A stretch of 34,249 nt of DNA from Minisyncoccota bacterium (GCA_937958705.1 CALGNJ010000038.1:1-34249); one strand, 5' to 3'; positions 8,759 to 18,410 are shown, counted from the first letter of the stretch. Notes: generated by a model from the sequence alone, not told the origin. A program made the numbers and translations.

Positions 8759-10453
8759 CTACTCGAAATACTTGGTTATACCATCAGTGAATAATCCCTC
8801 AAACATACGTGTCATTGTTCGAGATATTCCCAGCCTATTACCTGCTGGTCCATTCTCTGCCATTACTACAAATGCATACTTAGGATCTTCATACGGCCAA
8901 TATCCTATAGTCCATGAATTCCACCTAGATCTATTGACCCCTCTCTCTGCCGTACCTGTCTTGGCAGCTACTTGCACATACGGGAGATTTAATGAACGTG
9001 CAGTACCCTTGGGGTGAGTAACTACCATTCTCATTCCTTCTTGAACAACCTGGAAGTCTTCTTGAGATATATCTATTTCTCTTCGTATTTCTGGCATTAT
9101 TGTATTTTCACCTTGAGTAACTAATTGAGGGGTAAGCAACTTTCCATCAGTCGCAATCGAACCAACCGCAGTGACCAACTGCAAAGGTGTTGCTAAAAAA
9201 CTATACTGCCCAATTGCCGTAAAGTAGGTATCTCCAAGCAGCCACCCCTCTCCGAAAGTATTTCTTTTCCATTCTGGAGTAGGAACAAACCCTGATTGTT
9301 CTCTGAACTCTTTAAGGCCTGTTTTTTCAGCAAAACCAAACACATCTAGATACTCTTTCATTCCTGCAATACCAAGACCCGTATGTTTTCCTGGTACCCC
9401 ACCACCAAAGGTAAAAAAATAGATGTTTGATGATTTAGCTAGTGCTTCACGAATATTTATTGTTCCATTATTTCGTGCATCCCTAAATATTGTAGCTGGG
9501 CCTCCAAATCTGTTTGGAATCACTAATCTCCCGTTAGTAAATAGTTTAAATGTTGGACTCACAATGTCTTTATCGAGAATTCCTGATGCAATAAAAGGCT
9601 TTATAACAGAACCTGGAGCGTAGGTACCCCCAAGAGCTCTATTTAAAAATGGTTTTTTACTGTCCGTGTTATAGGAAGCAATTAATGCTCTATCTTCTCC
9701 ATCAGCAAGTACATTTGAATCATATTCTGGCACATTAGTTAATGCTAATAATTCACCAGTTCTAACATCCATGATCACACCAGACGCACCATCAAAACCT
9801 TGCTCTTCTACGTACCGGGCTAATTCTTTGTGTAATCTAGCCTGTAGTATTGCGTCAATAGTTAGTGTGATATTAAGCCCATTGATAGGTTCTTGTATAA
9901 GTGAATCAGACCGTACAGCGCCTTTTGTGGTAACTTGTTTTTCTCTAAATCCTAACTGACCATTTAAAAGCTCATTATAAAAAAATTCTATACCTGAAAT
10001 TCCCCTATACTCAAATTGAAAGTACTTACCTTTATTATCAGCTTGAGGATATGTGACATACCCTAGAAGATGTGAGAACCCCGGTATTTGTGTGTACTTC
10101 CTTTTTGGAAAATCTAACCCCTCAACTGATTCGTTCCACACAAGTTCGGTTCCATTCCTGTCATATATAACACCCCGCTTGTTAAAAATAATATCAAGTG
10201 ACTGAGCATTGCTTGATGCGCGTGCATACAAGTCTTCACCTTGAACAACTTGTATTTGATATAAGCGGAATGAAAATAATACAACCATTAGTAAGAATAA
10301 AACAGAGATAGTAAATAATGTCCATTTATGTATAGGTTTTTCCAACACTCCTTCCATCTGTTGCCTATTCATCCCTGCGGTATTTTTTGAATCAAAAAAA
10401 ACCTGTTCAAAATCTATTTCTCCAGATCTTCGTTTCTTAAAATACCTACTCAT
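8759..10453 (-). CDS. mrdA: Penicillin-binding protein 2 / class B transpeptidase
   Basis: N-terminal TM anchor, with SxxK (SVIKPF), SSN and KTGTA motifs in the correct order. 564 aa. The TAG stop directly abuts the dprA stop. Confidence 0.85.
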   Translation of the reverse strand: MSRYFKKRRSGEIDFEQVFFDSKNTAGMNRQQMEGVLEKPIHKWTLFTISVLFLLMVVLFSFRLYQIQVVQGEDLYARASSNAQSLDIIFNKRGVIYDRNGTELVWNESVEGLDFPKRKYTQIPGFSHLLGYVTYPQADNKGKYFQFEYRGISGIEFFYNELLNGQLGFREKQVTTKGAVRSDSLIQEPINGLNITLTIDAILQARLHKELARYVEEQGFDGASGVIMDVRTGELLALTNVPEYDSNVLADGEDRALIASYNTDSKKPFLNRALGGTYAPGSVIKPFIASGILDKDIVSPTFKLFTNGRLVIPNRFGGPATIFRDARNNGTINIREALAKSSNIYFFTFGGGVPGKHTGLGIAGMKEYLDVFGFAEKTGLKEFREQSGFVPTPEWKRNTFGEGWLLGDTYFTAIGQYSFLATPLQLVTAVGSIATDGKLLTPQLVTQGENTIMPEIRREIDISQEDFQVVQEGMRMVVTHPKGTARSLNLPYVQVAAKTGTAERGVNRSRWNSWTIGYWPYEDPKYAFVVMAENGPAGNRLGISRTMTRMFEGLFTDGITKYFE

Positions 10454-10703
10454 AATATCTCATAGTTTTTTTAACAAATGCGAGTACAAACAAGACAACC
10501 AACATCATCAGTAAATAATAGTGACCAAGAAATCCAACACCTAGTGGTCCAAAAAGTATTTCCACTACAACTAACCACAAGATAGCCTCATAAAAATTTC
10601 TAAATAAAAATATACCAGCACACAATAAACCTGTATAGACAGGCCATGGAGTAATGACCAGAGAAATAAATAGTACCGTGTTGTATAGTAGTCGCCATTT
10701 CAT
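10446..10703 (-). CDS. Small three-TM membrane protein, possibly a reduced MreD
   Basis: 85 aa, fully hydrophobic, overlapping the PBP2 start by 8 nt. This is the position MreD normally holds upstream of mrdA. No sequence motif confirms the assignment. Confidence 0.35.
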   Translation of the reverse strand: MKWRLLYNTVLFISLVITPWPVYTGLLCAGIFLFRNFYEAILWLVVVEILFGPLGVGFLGHYYLLMMLVVLFVLAFVKKTMRYYE

Positions 10704-10740
10704 GTCCCTGCATTATAACACCAGATTCTTTCTGATACGA

Positions 10741-10767
10741 AAAAAGACAGCCTGAGACTGTCTTTTT
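10741..10767 (-). terminator. Rho-independent terminator after fusA
   Basis: AAAAAGACAG, loop CCTGAGA, CTGTCTTTTT. It begins 9 nt after the fusA stop. Confidence 0.75.
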
Positions 10768-10775
10768 ATAGATAT

Positions 10776-12920
10776 TTACCCTAGTCGTTTCTTAATGATT
10801 TCATCAGCAACGTTTTTCGGAACAATACCATAGTGTGAGAATTCCATGTTTGGAGTAGCTCGCCCTTGAGTCATTGAACGAATGGTTGTTGTGTATCCGA
10901 ACAATTCAGATAGTGGTACTTTTGCACGTACAACTTTGTCCATTCCTCGATCATCCATTCCTTCTACCGCTCCACGTTTTGAAGAAATGTTTCCTGTAAT
11001 ATCACCCATGAATTCTTCTGGAGTAACGATCTCGATTTTCATGATTGGCTCAAGGATAACCGGATTAGCTCGCTTTGCCGCGTCTTGCATCGCCTTTGAT
11101 GATGCGATCTTGAATGCAATTTCTGATGAATCGACATCATGGAATGAACCATCATATAGCTCAACGGAAATATTCACCGCTGGATATCCAGCAAGAATTC
11201 CACGATCCATACCATCCTTGAATCCTTTTCTACATGGCGTGATGTACTCCTGTGGAATAACACCTCCCTTAATCGAGTTAATAAACTCGTATCCTTCTTC
11301 CCGGTACACGTTCTTAGCCAGATCTTCTTCATCTGTATCCATATCCATTGGCTTAATTCGAATCTTAACGTGACCATACTGTCCTTTACCTCCAGACTGC
11401 TTAACATACTTCTCTTCTCCATTTGATTCACCTGTGATTGTCTCTCGGTATGCAACTTGAGGTTGCCCGATATTTGCCTCTACTCCAAACTCTCGTTTCA
11501 TTCGGTCAACAAGAATATCTAAGTGAAGCTCACCCATTCCTGAAATAATTGTTTCTCCTGTTTCTTCATCTGTAAATACCTTGAATGTTGGATCCTCATC
11601 AGAAAGTTTTTTAATAGCTGTACCCATCTTCTCTTGGTCAGCTTTAGAGTTAGGCTCAATTCGAACAGAAATAACTGGTTCTGGGAACTCGATTCGGTGA
11701 AGCTCTACTGGTGCATCAAGAGCACAGATTGTGTCTGATGTCTTAGTGTCCTTAAGACCAACCGCAGCAACAATTTCTCCTGCGTATCCAACCTCAACCT
11801 CTTCTCGGTCGTTTGAGTGCATTCGTAGTAGTCGTCCTACTCGCTCTTTGTTTCCTGTTGTTGAGTTAAGAACGTATGACCCAGCTTCTAATTTACCTGA
11901 GTAAATTCGAATATATGAGAGCTGTCCCACAAACGGATCAGTCTGTAATTTAAATACAAGTGCGGAAAGTGGTTCATCGTCTCCAGCTACTCGCTCGATA
12001 ACATCTTCAGTTCCCGGTGTTACACCTGTTACTGGTGGAATATCTGTAGGTGCTGGTAAGTACTCAACAACTGCATCAAGTACTAGTTGTACTCCAATAT
12101 TCTTAAATGCTGATCCTCCAAATACTGGAACAATCTCATTATTAATTACTGCACGACGTAGCTCTTTTTTAAGATCTTCAATTGAAATATCTTCACCTCC
12201 CAAGAACTTATCCATCATCTCTTCATTGTTCTCAACAATCTTCTCAATGAATTGTGATCGTTTTTCAGTCGCAAGCTCTACCATGTCTTCTGGAATTTCT
12301 CCTTCGATAATGTCCATACCCATTTCCCCTGTAAATGTATATGACTTCATTGAAAGTAGGTCAACAACTCCTGATAGTGTTGATTCAAAACCAATTGGAA
12401 GTTGTGCCATTACAGCATCTTTAGTTAGCCGGTCTAAAATAGATTGAAACGCAGTTTCAAAGTTAGCACCAATTTTGTCGAGTTTGTTGATGAAACACAT
12501 TCGTGGCACACCGTACTTGTTTGCTTGTTTCCATACAGTTTCTGATTGTGGCTCTACACCTGCGTTACCATCGAACACCACAACAGCACCATCAAGAACT
12601 TTAAGTGACCGCTCTACCTCAGCTGTAAAGTCTACGTGACCTGGTGTATCAATAATGTTAAATCGGTGTTCCCGCTCTTTGTTTCCTACTTCTTTAGTTG
12701 GTGTCCAAAAGCAAGTTGTTGCAGCTGAAGTAATAGTAATACCTCGCTCTTGTTCTTGCTCCATCCAGTCCATGGTTGCTGCACCATCGTGCACTTCTCC
12801 AATCTTGTGTGAACGACCTGTATAGTACAAAATACGCTCTGTGGTAGTTGTTTTACCAGCATCAACGTGCGCAACAATACCAAAGTTACGTACTTTACTT
12901 AAGGGATAATCTCTCGACAT
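10776..12920 (-). CDS. fusA: Elongation factor G
   Basis: 714 aa with the G-domain motifs [14 protein letters not shown] and NKLD, and all EF-G domains colinear. Confidence 0.97.
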   Translation of the reverse strand: MSRDYPLSKVRNFGIVAHVDAGKTTTTERILYYTGRSHKIGEVHDGAATMDWMEQEQERGITITSAATTCFWTPTKEVGNKEREHRFNIIDTPGHVDFTAEVERSLKVLDGAVVVFDGNAGVEPQSETVWKQANKYGVPRMCFINKLDKIGANFETAFQSILDRLTKDAVMAQLPIGFESTLSGVVDLLSMKSYTFTGEMGMDIIEGEIPEDMVELATEKRSQFIEKIVENNEEMMDKFLGGEDISIEDLKKELRRAVINNEIVPVFGGSAFKNIGVQLVLDAVVEYLPAPTDIPPVTGVTPGTEDVIERVAGDDEPLSALVFKLQTDPFVGQLSYIRIYSGKLEAGSYVLNSTTGNKERVGRLLRMHSNDREEVEVGYAGEIVAAVGLKDTKTSDTICALDAPVELHRIEFPEPVISVRIEPNSKADQEKMGTAIKKLSDEDPTFKVFTDEETGETIISGMGELHLDILVDRMKREFGVEANIGQPQVAYRETITGESNGEEKYVKQSGGKGQYGHVKIRIKPMDMDTDEEDLAKNVYREEGYEFINSIKGGVIPQEYITPCRKGFKDGMDRGILAGYPAVNISVELYDGSFHDVDSSEIAFKIASSKAMQDAAKRANPVILEPIMKIEIVTPEEFMGDITGNISSKRGAVEGMDDRGMDKVVRAKVPLSELFGYTTTIRSMTQGRATPNMEFSHYGIVPKNVADEIIKKRLG

Positions 12921-13017
12921 ATATTTTTTATTAATTGCTAACTTTTAGTACCAATAGTGTTAGTTTCATTGGTATAAAATTGTGTGCATTATAGCGCATA
13001 TCAACTTTTTCGCAATC

Positions 13018-13046
13018 AAAAAACTACATATTCACATGTAGTTTTT
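13018..13046 (-). terminator. Terminator after the 119-aa membrane protein gene
   Basis: AAAAAACTACAT, loop ATTCAC, ATGTAGTTTTT. Confidence 0.65.
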
Positions 13047-13053
13047 ACTATAG

Positions 13054-13413
13054 TTATTGTGTCTGTGTAGCTTCTGGTGCAGATTGTATGTATTTAGATG
13101 CTAGTTCATCAGGATTATATCCTTCTGCTGCAATACATTGTACATATTGTGTATTTAAGAACTCATTTACCTGCTCATCTGTTGGTTGTTCTTCTACTCC
13201 TTCAGGAGGATTAGCAATTGCTTGTTGGGTTGCTTGTTGTGCTAATAGAATACATGAATTATGTACCCGTGCCTCTGCTCTTTCAAATGACTTCTGAGCA
13301 AGCATGAGCTGTTGTGACGGCACAAATACAAATGCGTATAGTGCCACGAACACAGCAACTACTGATGCTACAACTTTTGCAATACTTTTTGGTGTTAGTT
13401 TTAAATGTTTCAT
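13054..13413 (-). CDS. Hypothetical membrane-anchored protein (119 aa) inserted between rpsG and fusA
   Basis: N-terminal TM helix (VVASVVAVFVALYAFVFV), two Cys and an acidic C-terminus. It has its own promoter and terminator. I recognise no family. Confidence 0.5.
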   Translation of the reverse strand: MKHLKLTPKSIAKVVASVVAVFVALYAFVFVPSQQLMLAQKSFERAEARVHNSCILLAQQATQQAIANPPEGVEEQPTDEQVNEFLNTQYVQCIAAEGYNPDELASKYIQSAPEATQTQ

Positions 13414-13454
13414 ACTACAATATTATTTATTATGGGTATCAGTGTACGCTGTGC

Positions 13455-13482
13455 ATTATCAAAAATCAAGACTACTTGTCAA
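13455..13482 (-). promoter_or_regulatory. Sigma70-type promoter for the 119-aa gene
   Basis: On the minus strand: TTGACA (13482-13477), 16-nt spacer, GATAAT (13460-13455). Confidence 0.55.
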
Positions 13483-13701
13483 TAAATTAGACATGTAAAA
13501 TAGCTTCAATCAGCCAAAGAAAGTACACATGTGTGTGACCTACCTGTTCTCTAGTTTGTGGCTCGTATCAAGAAGACACTCACCGATCTTGTTTGACTGC
13601 CGATTAGAGTAGCGACAACTGCTTCTTTCATGTGCTAGATAAAAGCTGCAGAAAGTGAACGCACCGGACTCCAACGGTACTATACTTTGTATGGAATAAG
13701 C

Positions 13702-13725
13702 AAAAGAGCGCCGTAGCGCTCTTTT
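13702..13725 (-). terminator. Terminator directly after rpsG
   Basis: AAAAGAGCGC, loop (C)GTA(G), GCGCTCTTTT. It starts 2 nt after the rpsG stop and has the same shape on both strands. Confidence 0.75.
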
Positions 13726-13726
13726 C

Positions 13727-14197
13727 TTACCATGCAAAGTGTGCAAATGCTTTGTTGGCCTCTGCCATTTTGTGAGTGTTGATTTTCTTGGTTACTGCAG
13801 TTCCTTCACCTTTTGACGCAAGGATTAATTCTGCCGCAAGTCTCTCTTCCATCGCTGACCCCTTTCCTGAACGAGCTGAATCGATAAGCCATCGCATTGC
13901 TAGTGAAAGTTGACGCTCAACCTTAACCGGAACTGGAACCTGGTAGTTGGCACCTCCAACTCGACGTGACTTCACTTCTAGTTCTGGTCCTGCTTGACGC
14001 AGTGCTTCTTCAAATACAGCCAGTGGATTATCTGTACCTTCTTTTTCCTTAATGATATCCATTGCTCCGTATACAATTTTTTCAGCAGTAGTTTTTTTTC
14101 CATCAAGCATGATGTAGTTAATAAACTGAGAAACTTTCTTAGATTTGTATACTCGGTCTTCTGAGAGATGATTAATTTTTTTATGTGGTCTTCGCAT
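13727..14197 (-). CDS. rpsG: 30S ribosomal protein S7
   Basis: 156 aa, typical S7 sequence (...GGANYQVPVPV...MAEANKAFAHFAW). Confidence 0.97.
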   Translation of the reverse strand: MRRPHKKINHLSEDRVYKSKKVSQFINYIMLDGKKTTAEKIVYGAMDIIKEKEGTDNPLAVFEEALRQAGPELEVKSRRVGGANYQVPVPVKVERQLSLAMRWLIDSARSGKGSAMEERLAAELILASKGEGTAVTKKINTHKMAEANKAFAHFAW

Positions 14198-14220
14198 AGT
14201 ATTTTAATTACGTAAATAGA

Positions 14221-14631
14221 TTATTCCTTAGGTTTCTTAACTCCGTACTTAGATCGTCCACCCTTTCGACCATCTACCCCTTGAGCGTCAAGCTTACCTC
14301 GAACAACAGTATATCGAACGTTAATATCCTTAACTCGCCCTCCACGAACCATTACTACCGAGTGCTCTTGCAGGTTGTGTCCTTCTCCTGGAATGTACGC
14401 GGTAATTTCCTCACCATTAGTTAGACGAACACGTGCGATCTTTCGTACCGCTGAGTTAGGTTTACGTGGGTTCGCTGTTGTTACTTTTGTACACACACCT
14501 CGTTTAAATGGTGCTGGGAAAAATGAAGGTTTGTTTTTTAGTAAGTCAAAGCCCTTTCCCAGTGCAGGAGCTTTTGTCTTTTTCTTTTGGATTTTTCGTC
14601 CTTTTCGTACTAATTGGTTAACTGTTGCCAT
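14221..14631 (-). CDS. rpsL: 30S ribosomal protein S12
   Basis: [13 protein letters not shown]...PNSAVRK..., a typical S12. The true ATG is at 14631; the listed ORF begins 17 codons upstream. Confidence 0.95.
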   Translation of the reverse strand: MATVNQLVRKGRKIQKKKTKAPALGKGFDLLKNKPSFFPAPFKRGVCTKVTTANPRKPNSAVRKIARVRLTNGEEITAYIPGEGHNLQEHSVVMVRGGRVKDINVRYTVVRGKLDAQGVDGRKGGRSKYGVKKPKE

Positions 14632-14654
14632 ATATTTATATATTGATGCGCAGT

Positions 14655-14682
14655 AGTATACCAACCGATTTATATTTTGCAA
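14655..14682 (-). promoter_or_regulatory. Promoter of rpsL-rpsG
   Basis: On the minus strand: TTGCAA (14682-14677), 16-nt spacer, TATACT (14660-14655). The leader is about 23 nt. Confidence 0.55.
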
Positions 14683-14702
14683 GGCATATTTGCATAAAAA
14701 AA

Positions 14703-14734
14703 TAGTCGCACTCTACCGAAGGTAGGTGCGACTA
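14703..14734 (-). terminator. Strong terminator overlapping the 3' end of the cupin gene
   Basis: On the minus strand: TAGTCGCAC-CTACC-TTC-GGTAG-A-GTGCGACTA followed by T7. The stem is 14 bp with one bulge. Confidence 0.75.
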
Positions 14735-15177
14735 GTATTAGGTTTTGCACTCTTCACTTTCTTTCTGCGTCTTTTGTCAAATTTCACCCAGTACCTACCA
14801 GGCCAGGTCTCTTCAATCAGGCTGTCTACGGGGTACGAGAAATCATGAACTACACCTTTCGGAATCACGAATGGTTCCGAATGAGGTGATAGCTGAATAA
14901 CTCGTACTGATTTGTCATCATTATAGAGATTGATTTTCAGTGAACCCTGAATGACCCAAACTCTTTTTATATGTCTTGGGTGATATTCTCCACCTCGCAT
15001 ATACCCTCGGCGAGTAAAGACTTTTTTAATCTTAACTCCATTGTCCGTACGTAGCTCAGCCCAGCCACGAGAATCCTCTTTGTAAAAGGAGTCTTGCCAA
15101 AGAGCGATACTACCAACAAGAGCAGTTAAGCGATCCGGCAAGAACAAACGAGCCAAATCAAACATGAATTTTCTCAT
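14713..15177 (-). CDS. Cupin-fold protein (RmlC/WxcM-like), function unknown
   Basis: 154 aa. The segment RRGYMRGGEYHP...WVIQGSLKINLY...FVIPKGVVHDF resembles sugar epimerase/isomerase cupins. It has a basic C-terminal tail. Confidence 0.4.
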   Translation of the reverse strand: MRKFMFDLARLFLPDRLTALVGSIALWQDSFYKEDSRGWAELRTDNGVKIKKVFTRRGYMRGGEYHPRHIKRVWVIQGSLKINLYNDDKSVRVIQLSPHSEPFVIPKGVVHDFSYPVDSLIEETWPGRYWVKFDKRRRKKVKSAKPNTSRTYLR

Positions 15178-15243
15178 TTTCTTCTCCTTTTATGTTAAGA
15201 AATTCATTATTTATTATATATAATAATATAATAATGTCAAAAA

Positions 15244-16662
15244 TTATATGATCTCTTTGACAAGCTGAGCTAGTAGTTGTGGGTTTGCCTTTCCCTGAGT
15301 CATTTTCATTCCTTGTCCAATGAAGTACTGCATCAGCTTTGCGTCGCCTGCTTTAAATTTTTCAACCACATCTGGATTTTCTGAAATGATTTTTTCTACA
15401 ATGATCTTAAGTTCATCAGTATTTGATGATTGTAGTAGGTCATACTTCTCTGCGAGAGTAGCTGGCTCACCTCCTTCTGTATACACATACGAGATTAAGT
15501 CTTTTGCACCACGTGATGAAATCTTATTTTCACCAATCATTGAAACCAGCTGGACCATTGATTCTGATGAAATATTTGACAGGTTACCTTCTGGTGAATT
15601 CTTAATTAAACCTGCAATATCAGAGGTTATATAGTTTGTTGCCAATTTGATTTGCTTTTGGTCTTGTACTGTTTCGATAAATCCTGCAAACAATGTGTCT
15701 AATTCTATTTCTTGCAAGAAGAACTCTATAGCTTCTTCATTCAAACCAAGATCCGCGTATCGTATCCGTTTTTTCCACGGTAGCTCAGGTAATGTCTTAG
15801 AAATTTCTTCTTTAGAAAATCCCGGCAACAAAGAGAGCTTGAACTTTGGAATATCTGGATCAGGAAAGTATCTATAATCATCTGATGATTCTTTTACTCT
15901 TTGTGAAAATGTAGATTGTTTCTGCTCATCCCACCCGCGTGTCTCTTGTACTAAAACCTCTCCGTTCTCAAGTGCCTCAATTTGCCTATCTATTTCATAA
16001 TCAATAGCTGCCCCAACAATTTTAAATGAGTTGAGGTTTTTTACCTCCACCTTAGTACCAAATGTCTCTGTTTTTGAAACTGATATATTTGCCTCAACTC
16101 GCATCTCCCCTTTCTCTAGGTTGGCATGTGATACTCCAAGCTTCCGTAGTAGCAACTGTAGTTCCTTTCCAAACCTCATCGCTGTTTCAGCATCATGAAT
16201 AACAGGCTCAGTAACAAGCTCCATCAGTGGTACTCCCGCTCTATTAAAATCTACTAATGAGTGATTAGTCTGATGTGAAGAAGTCGCTGTATCTTCTTCG
16301 AGATGAATACGAGTAATATCAACCCCTGCCAGCTTCCCGTTGGAAACAAGTGGGTATTCCAACTGTGAAATTTGATATGCTTTTGGGATATCTGGGTAGA
16401 AATAGTTCTTACGATCAAACTCAGTAAAATCAGCAAGGTCAGCATCAATAGCTGTCCCGACTCTTAAAACATACTCTACTGCTTTTTTATTAACCATAGG
16501 TAACGTTCCTGGTTGTGCTGTACAGATTGGACAAATATGTGTATTCGCGCTAGCAACAAAAGGGTCATTCTTACACTGACAAAACATCTTAGTGTTTGTG
16601 TCGAGCTCTGCATGAACCTCTAGTCCAATTGTAGCTGTGTATCCGTGTGGTAGTTCTTTCAT
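15244..16662 (-). CDS. gatB: Asp/Glu-tRNA(Asn/Gln) amidotransferase subunit B
   Basis: 472 aa with a GatB N-terminal cradle (IGLEVHAELDTNTKMFC...), helical domain and YqeY-like tail. Confidence 0.93.
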   Translation of the reverse strand: MKELPHGYTATIGLEVHAELDTNTKMFCQCKNDPFVASANTHICPICTAQPGTLPMVNKKAVEYVLRVGTAIDADLADFTEFDRKNYFYPDIPKAYQISQLEYPLVSNGKLAGVDITRIHLEEDTATSSHQTNHSLVDFNRAGVPLMELVTEPVIHDAETAMRFGKELQLLLRKLGVSHANLEKGEMRVEANISVSKTETFGTKVEVKNLNSFKIVGAAIDYEIDRQIEALENGEVLVQETRGWDEQKQSTFSQRVKESSDDYRYFPDPDIPKFKLSLLPGFSKEEISKTLPELPWKKRIRYADLGLNEEAIEFFLQEIELDTLFAGFIETVQDQKQIKLATNYITSDIAGLIKNSPEGNLSNISSESMVQLVSMIGENKISSRGAKDLISYVYTEGGEPATLAEKYDLLQSSNTDELKIIVEKIISENPDVVEKFKAGDAKLMQYFIGQGMKMTQGKANPQLLAQLVKEII

Positions 16663-16709
16663 GATTTTGCTATTTTATCACACTCAGACACTGCCTTATA
16701 TGCGCATAA

Positions 16710-17762
16710 CTACTTTCCAAAATATTTTTGTCGCAAACTCTCGTAGGTTCCATCTTCCTTTGCCTGTATTAGCAACGCATTGAGTTCTTCAAAATACGGC
16801 GAGTCTTCAGGGAATGCAAATCCAATATTGTCTCGAGCAAACACTGAACCTGCTGTTATAACTTTACCAACACCTTCGGTTGCTGCATAGTATTGTGAAA
16901 CAGCAGCTCCTCCTACCCCAGCCTCTAGTGATCCATTTTCTAAATCAACGAGCACCTCTGTAAAATCTGTGTATTTTTTGTACGGAATATTTTGCTTATC
17001 TAAAAATGATGAGATTGTTGTACCTTCTGGTGCTCCAACCTTCTTACCACGAAGATCTTCGTAGGATTCAATACCAGTCTGTAGTTCAGAGATAGTCAGG
17101 GCGGTTGTTATTTTTGCTGTGAGTGTAGATATGAAGAACAACGAAGCTAACACCCAGAACACAGCAATTACTCGCCCTATATAATTCTCTGGTCTTTCAT
17201 TTTCAAATCCACCCATCGTGACAACTATAAACGCCCACCAGAATGCGTCCCACAATCCACCAAAATACTCATCTCTAAAATAGTCATGTTTAGCATTTCC
17301 CCCTCGCTCAAAAAACCAGACCAAGTGAGCAACGATCATTAGTATTACAAATGCACCAAAGATAAATAGAAAAATACCGGATTCCCAGACAACGCTCCAT
17401 AAAGAAGTAGCACCAGAATCTTTAGGTATCAAAATCTGGAGTCCAGATTCATACAATGGTTGTGAGAAATCCAAAAATTCTTCACGCTCAGATGTAATTG
17501 AAATGTTTGCCGCTGCAAAATCTGTTTGTCCAGAGCGTATACTGTTAATCATTTTAGAAAATACTGTAAACGGCACGTGAGTGACTGTATACCCTGCTTC
17601 TGTGGCAAGTTTTTTTGCAAGTTCGACTGAAAAACCAGACCACTCACCAGACTCAGTCTGGAATGCAAATGGCGGCCTCTCTATCACACCAACTTGCAGC
17701 TCTTGTGCAAATACAGGCCCTAGAGGAACCAGTAATAAAATAAATAGGATATATTTTTTCAT
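16710..17762 (-). CDS. Prokaryotic ionotropic glutamate receptor-like channel (GluR0 topology)
   Basis: Signal peptide, then periplasmic binding-protein lobe 1, TM helix, re-entrant pore loop (WWAFIVVTMGGFEN), a TM helix ending STLTAKITTALT, and binding lobe 2. There is no third TM helix. Confidence 0.7.
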   Translation of the reverse strand: MKKYILFILLLVPLGPVFAQELQVGVIERPPFAFQTESGEWSGFSVELAKKLATEAGYTVTHVPFTVFSKMINSIRSGQTDFAAANISITSEREEFLDFSQPLYESGLQILIPKDSGATSLWSVVWESGIFLFIFGAFVILMIVAHLVWFFERGGNAKHDYFRDEYFGGLWDAFWWAFIVVTMGGFENERPENYIGRVIAVFWVLASLFFISTLTAKITTALTISELQTGIESYEDLRGKKVGAPEGTTISSFLDKQNIPYKKYTDFTEVLVDLENGSLEAGVGGAAVSQYYAATEGVGKVITAGSVFARDNIGFAFPEDSPYFEELNALLIQAKEDGTYESLRQKYFGK

Positions 17763-17763
17763 A

Positions 17764-18396
17764 TTAGGTGTCTTTATCTTTTTTCATTACTATATCATCA
17801 AACCAAGACTGATTTAATATCTCACCCGACCATTTGAGAACTCTTGGATATAAAGAGAGATCAAACTCCGCATTTCGTATTCTCATAATTTGTCTGACAA
17901 ATGGAATGATTGCAATATCAGCGAGTGTTATAGAGTCTCCGGTTAGATGTGAACTAACCATAAGTCTTTCCTCCAGCTCGCCAACCACTATTTGTAAAGA
18001 CGTAGCATGTTCTTCATGTTTTGCATCATCAAACACCCGATCTTCCCCATACTTGTATACATCTATGACTGGTTTAAATTTTTCGTCACACCATTTCCAC
18101 CAAGTAATCATCTCGTTATACTCTTGTGAACCTTCTTTTGGTGTATATAGTTGCTCTCCAAAATTTGAATCGAGCCATACATTAATATTATTTGACTCTG
18201 GCATAATGATATCTTTATTCTTATTCTGTATGTGCAAGACAGGTACACGAGGATGAGAAATGTGTGTCAGCATCCAGCTGGTCCACTCACGAAGTGGCTC
18301 ATGGACTCTTTCATATTCAACTCCTTTTAAGTACAGGACAATTCTAACTCTGATACAGAATGGGCAGCGCCTATAATCATGTAGTGTTATCTTCAT
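17764..18396 (-). CDS. Glutathione S-transferase / glutaredoxin-2-like protein
   Basis: N-terminal thioredoxin-fold with CPFC (MKITLHDYRRCPFCIRVRIVL) and a helical GST-C-like half. The stop is 1 nt before the iGluR-like start. Confidence 0.55.
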   Translation of the reverse strand: MKITLHDYRRCPFCIRVRIVLYLKGVEYERVHEPLREWTSWMLTHISHPRVPVLHIQNKNKDIIMPESNNINVWLDSNFGEQLYTPKEGSQEYNEMITWWKWCDEKFKPVIDVYKYGEDRVFDDAKHEEHATSLQIVVGELEERLMVSSHLTGDSITLADIAIIPFVRQIMRIRNAEFDLSLYPRVLKWSGEILNQSWFDDIVMKKDKDT

Positions 18397-18410
18397 GGGC
18401 TCATTCTATC

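Noticed and set aside
8756-8761. Convergent dprA and mrdA stop codons directly abutting (TAA then the reverse complement of TAG) with no terminator between them
   Set aside because: This reflects genome compaction only. No additional structure or signal is visible at the junction.
13600-13650. SRP-RNA-like motif GAAAGAAGCAG in the rpsG-downstream spacer
   Set aside because: It resembles the GGAAGCAGC side of SRP helix 8. However, I could not build the GNRA-capped stem, the symmetric loop partner or the closing helices, so the match looks like chance.
13540-13746. 68-aa minus-strand ORF overlapping the rpsG 3' end and its terminator
   Set aside because: It starts inside rpsG and runs across the terminator hairpin. 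Its composition is not protein-like and it has no independent start signals.
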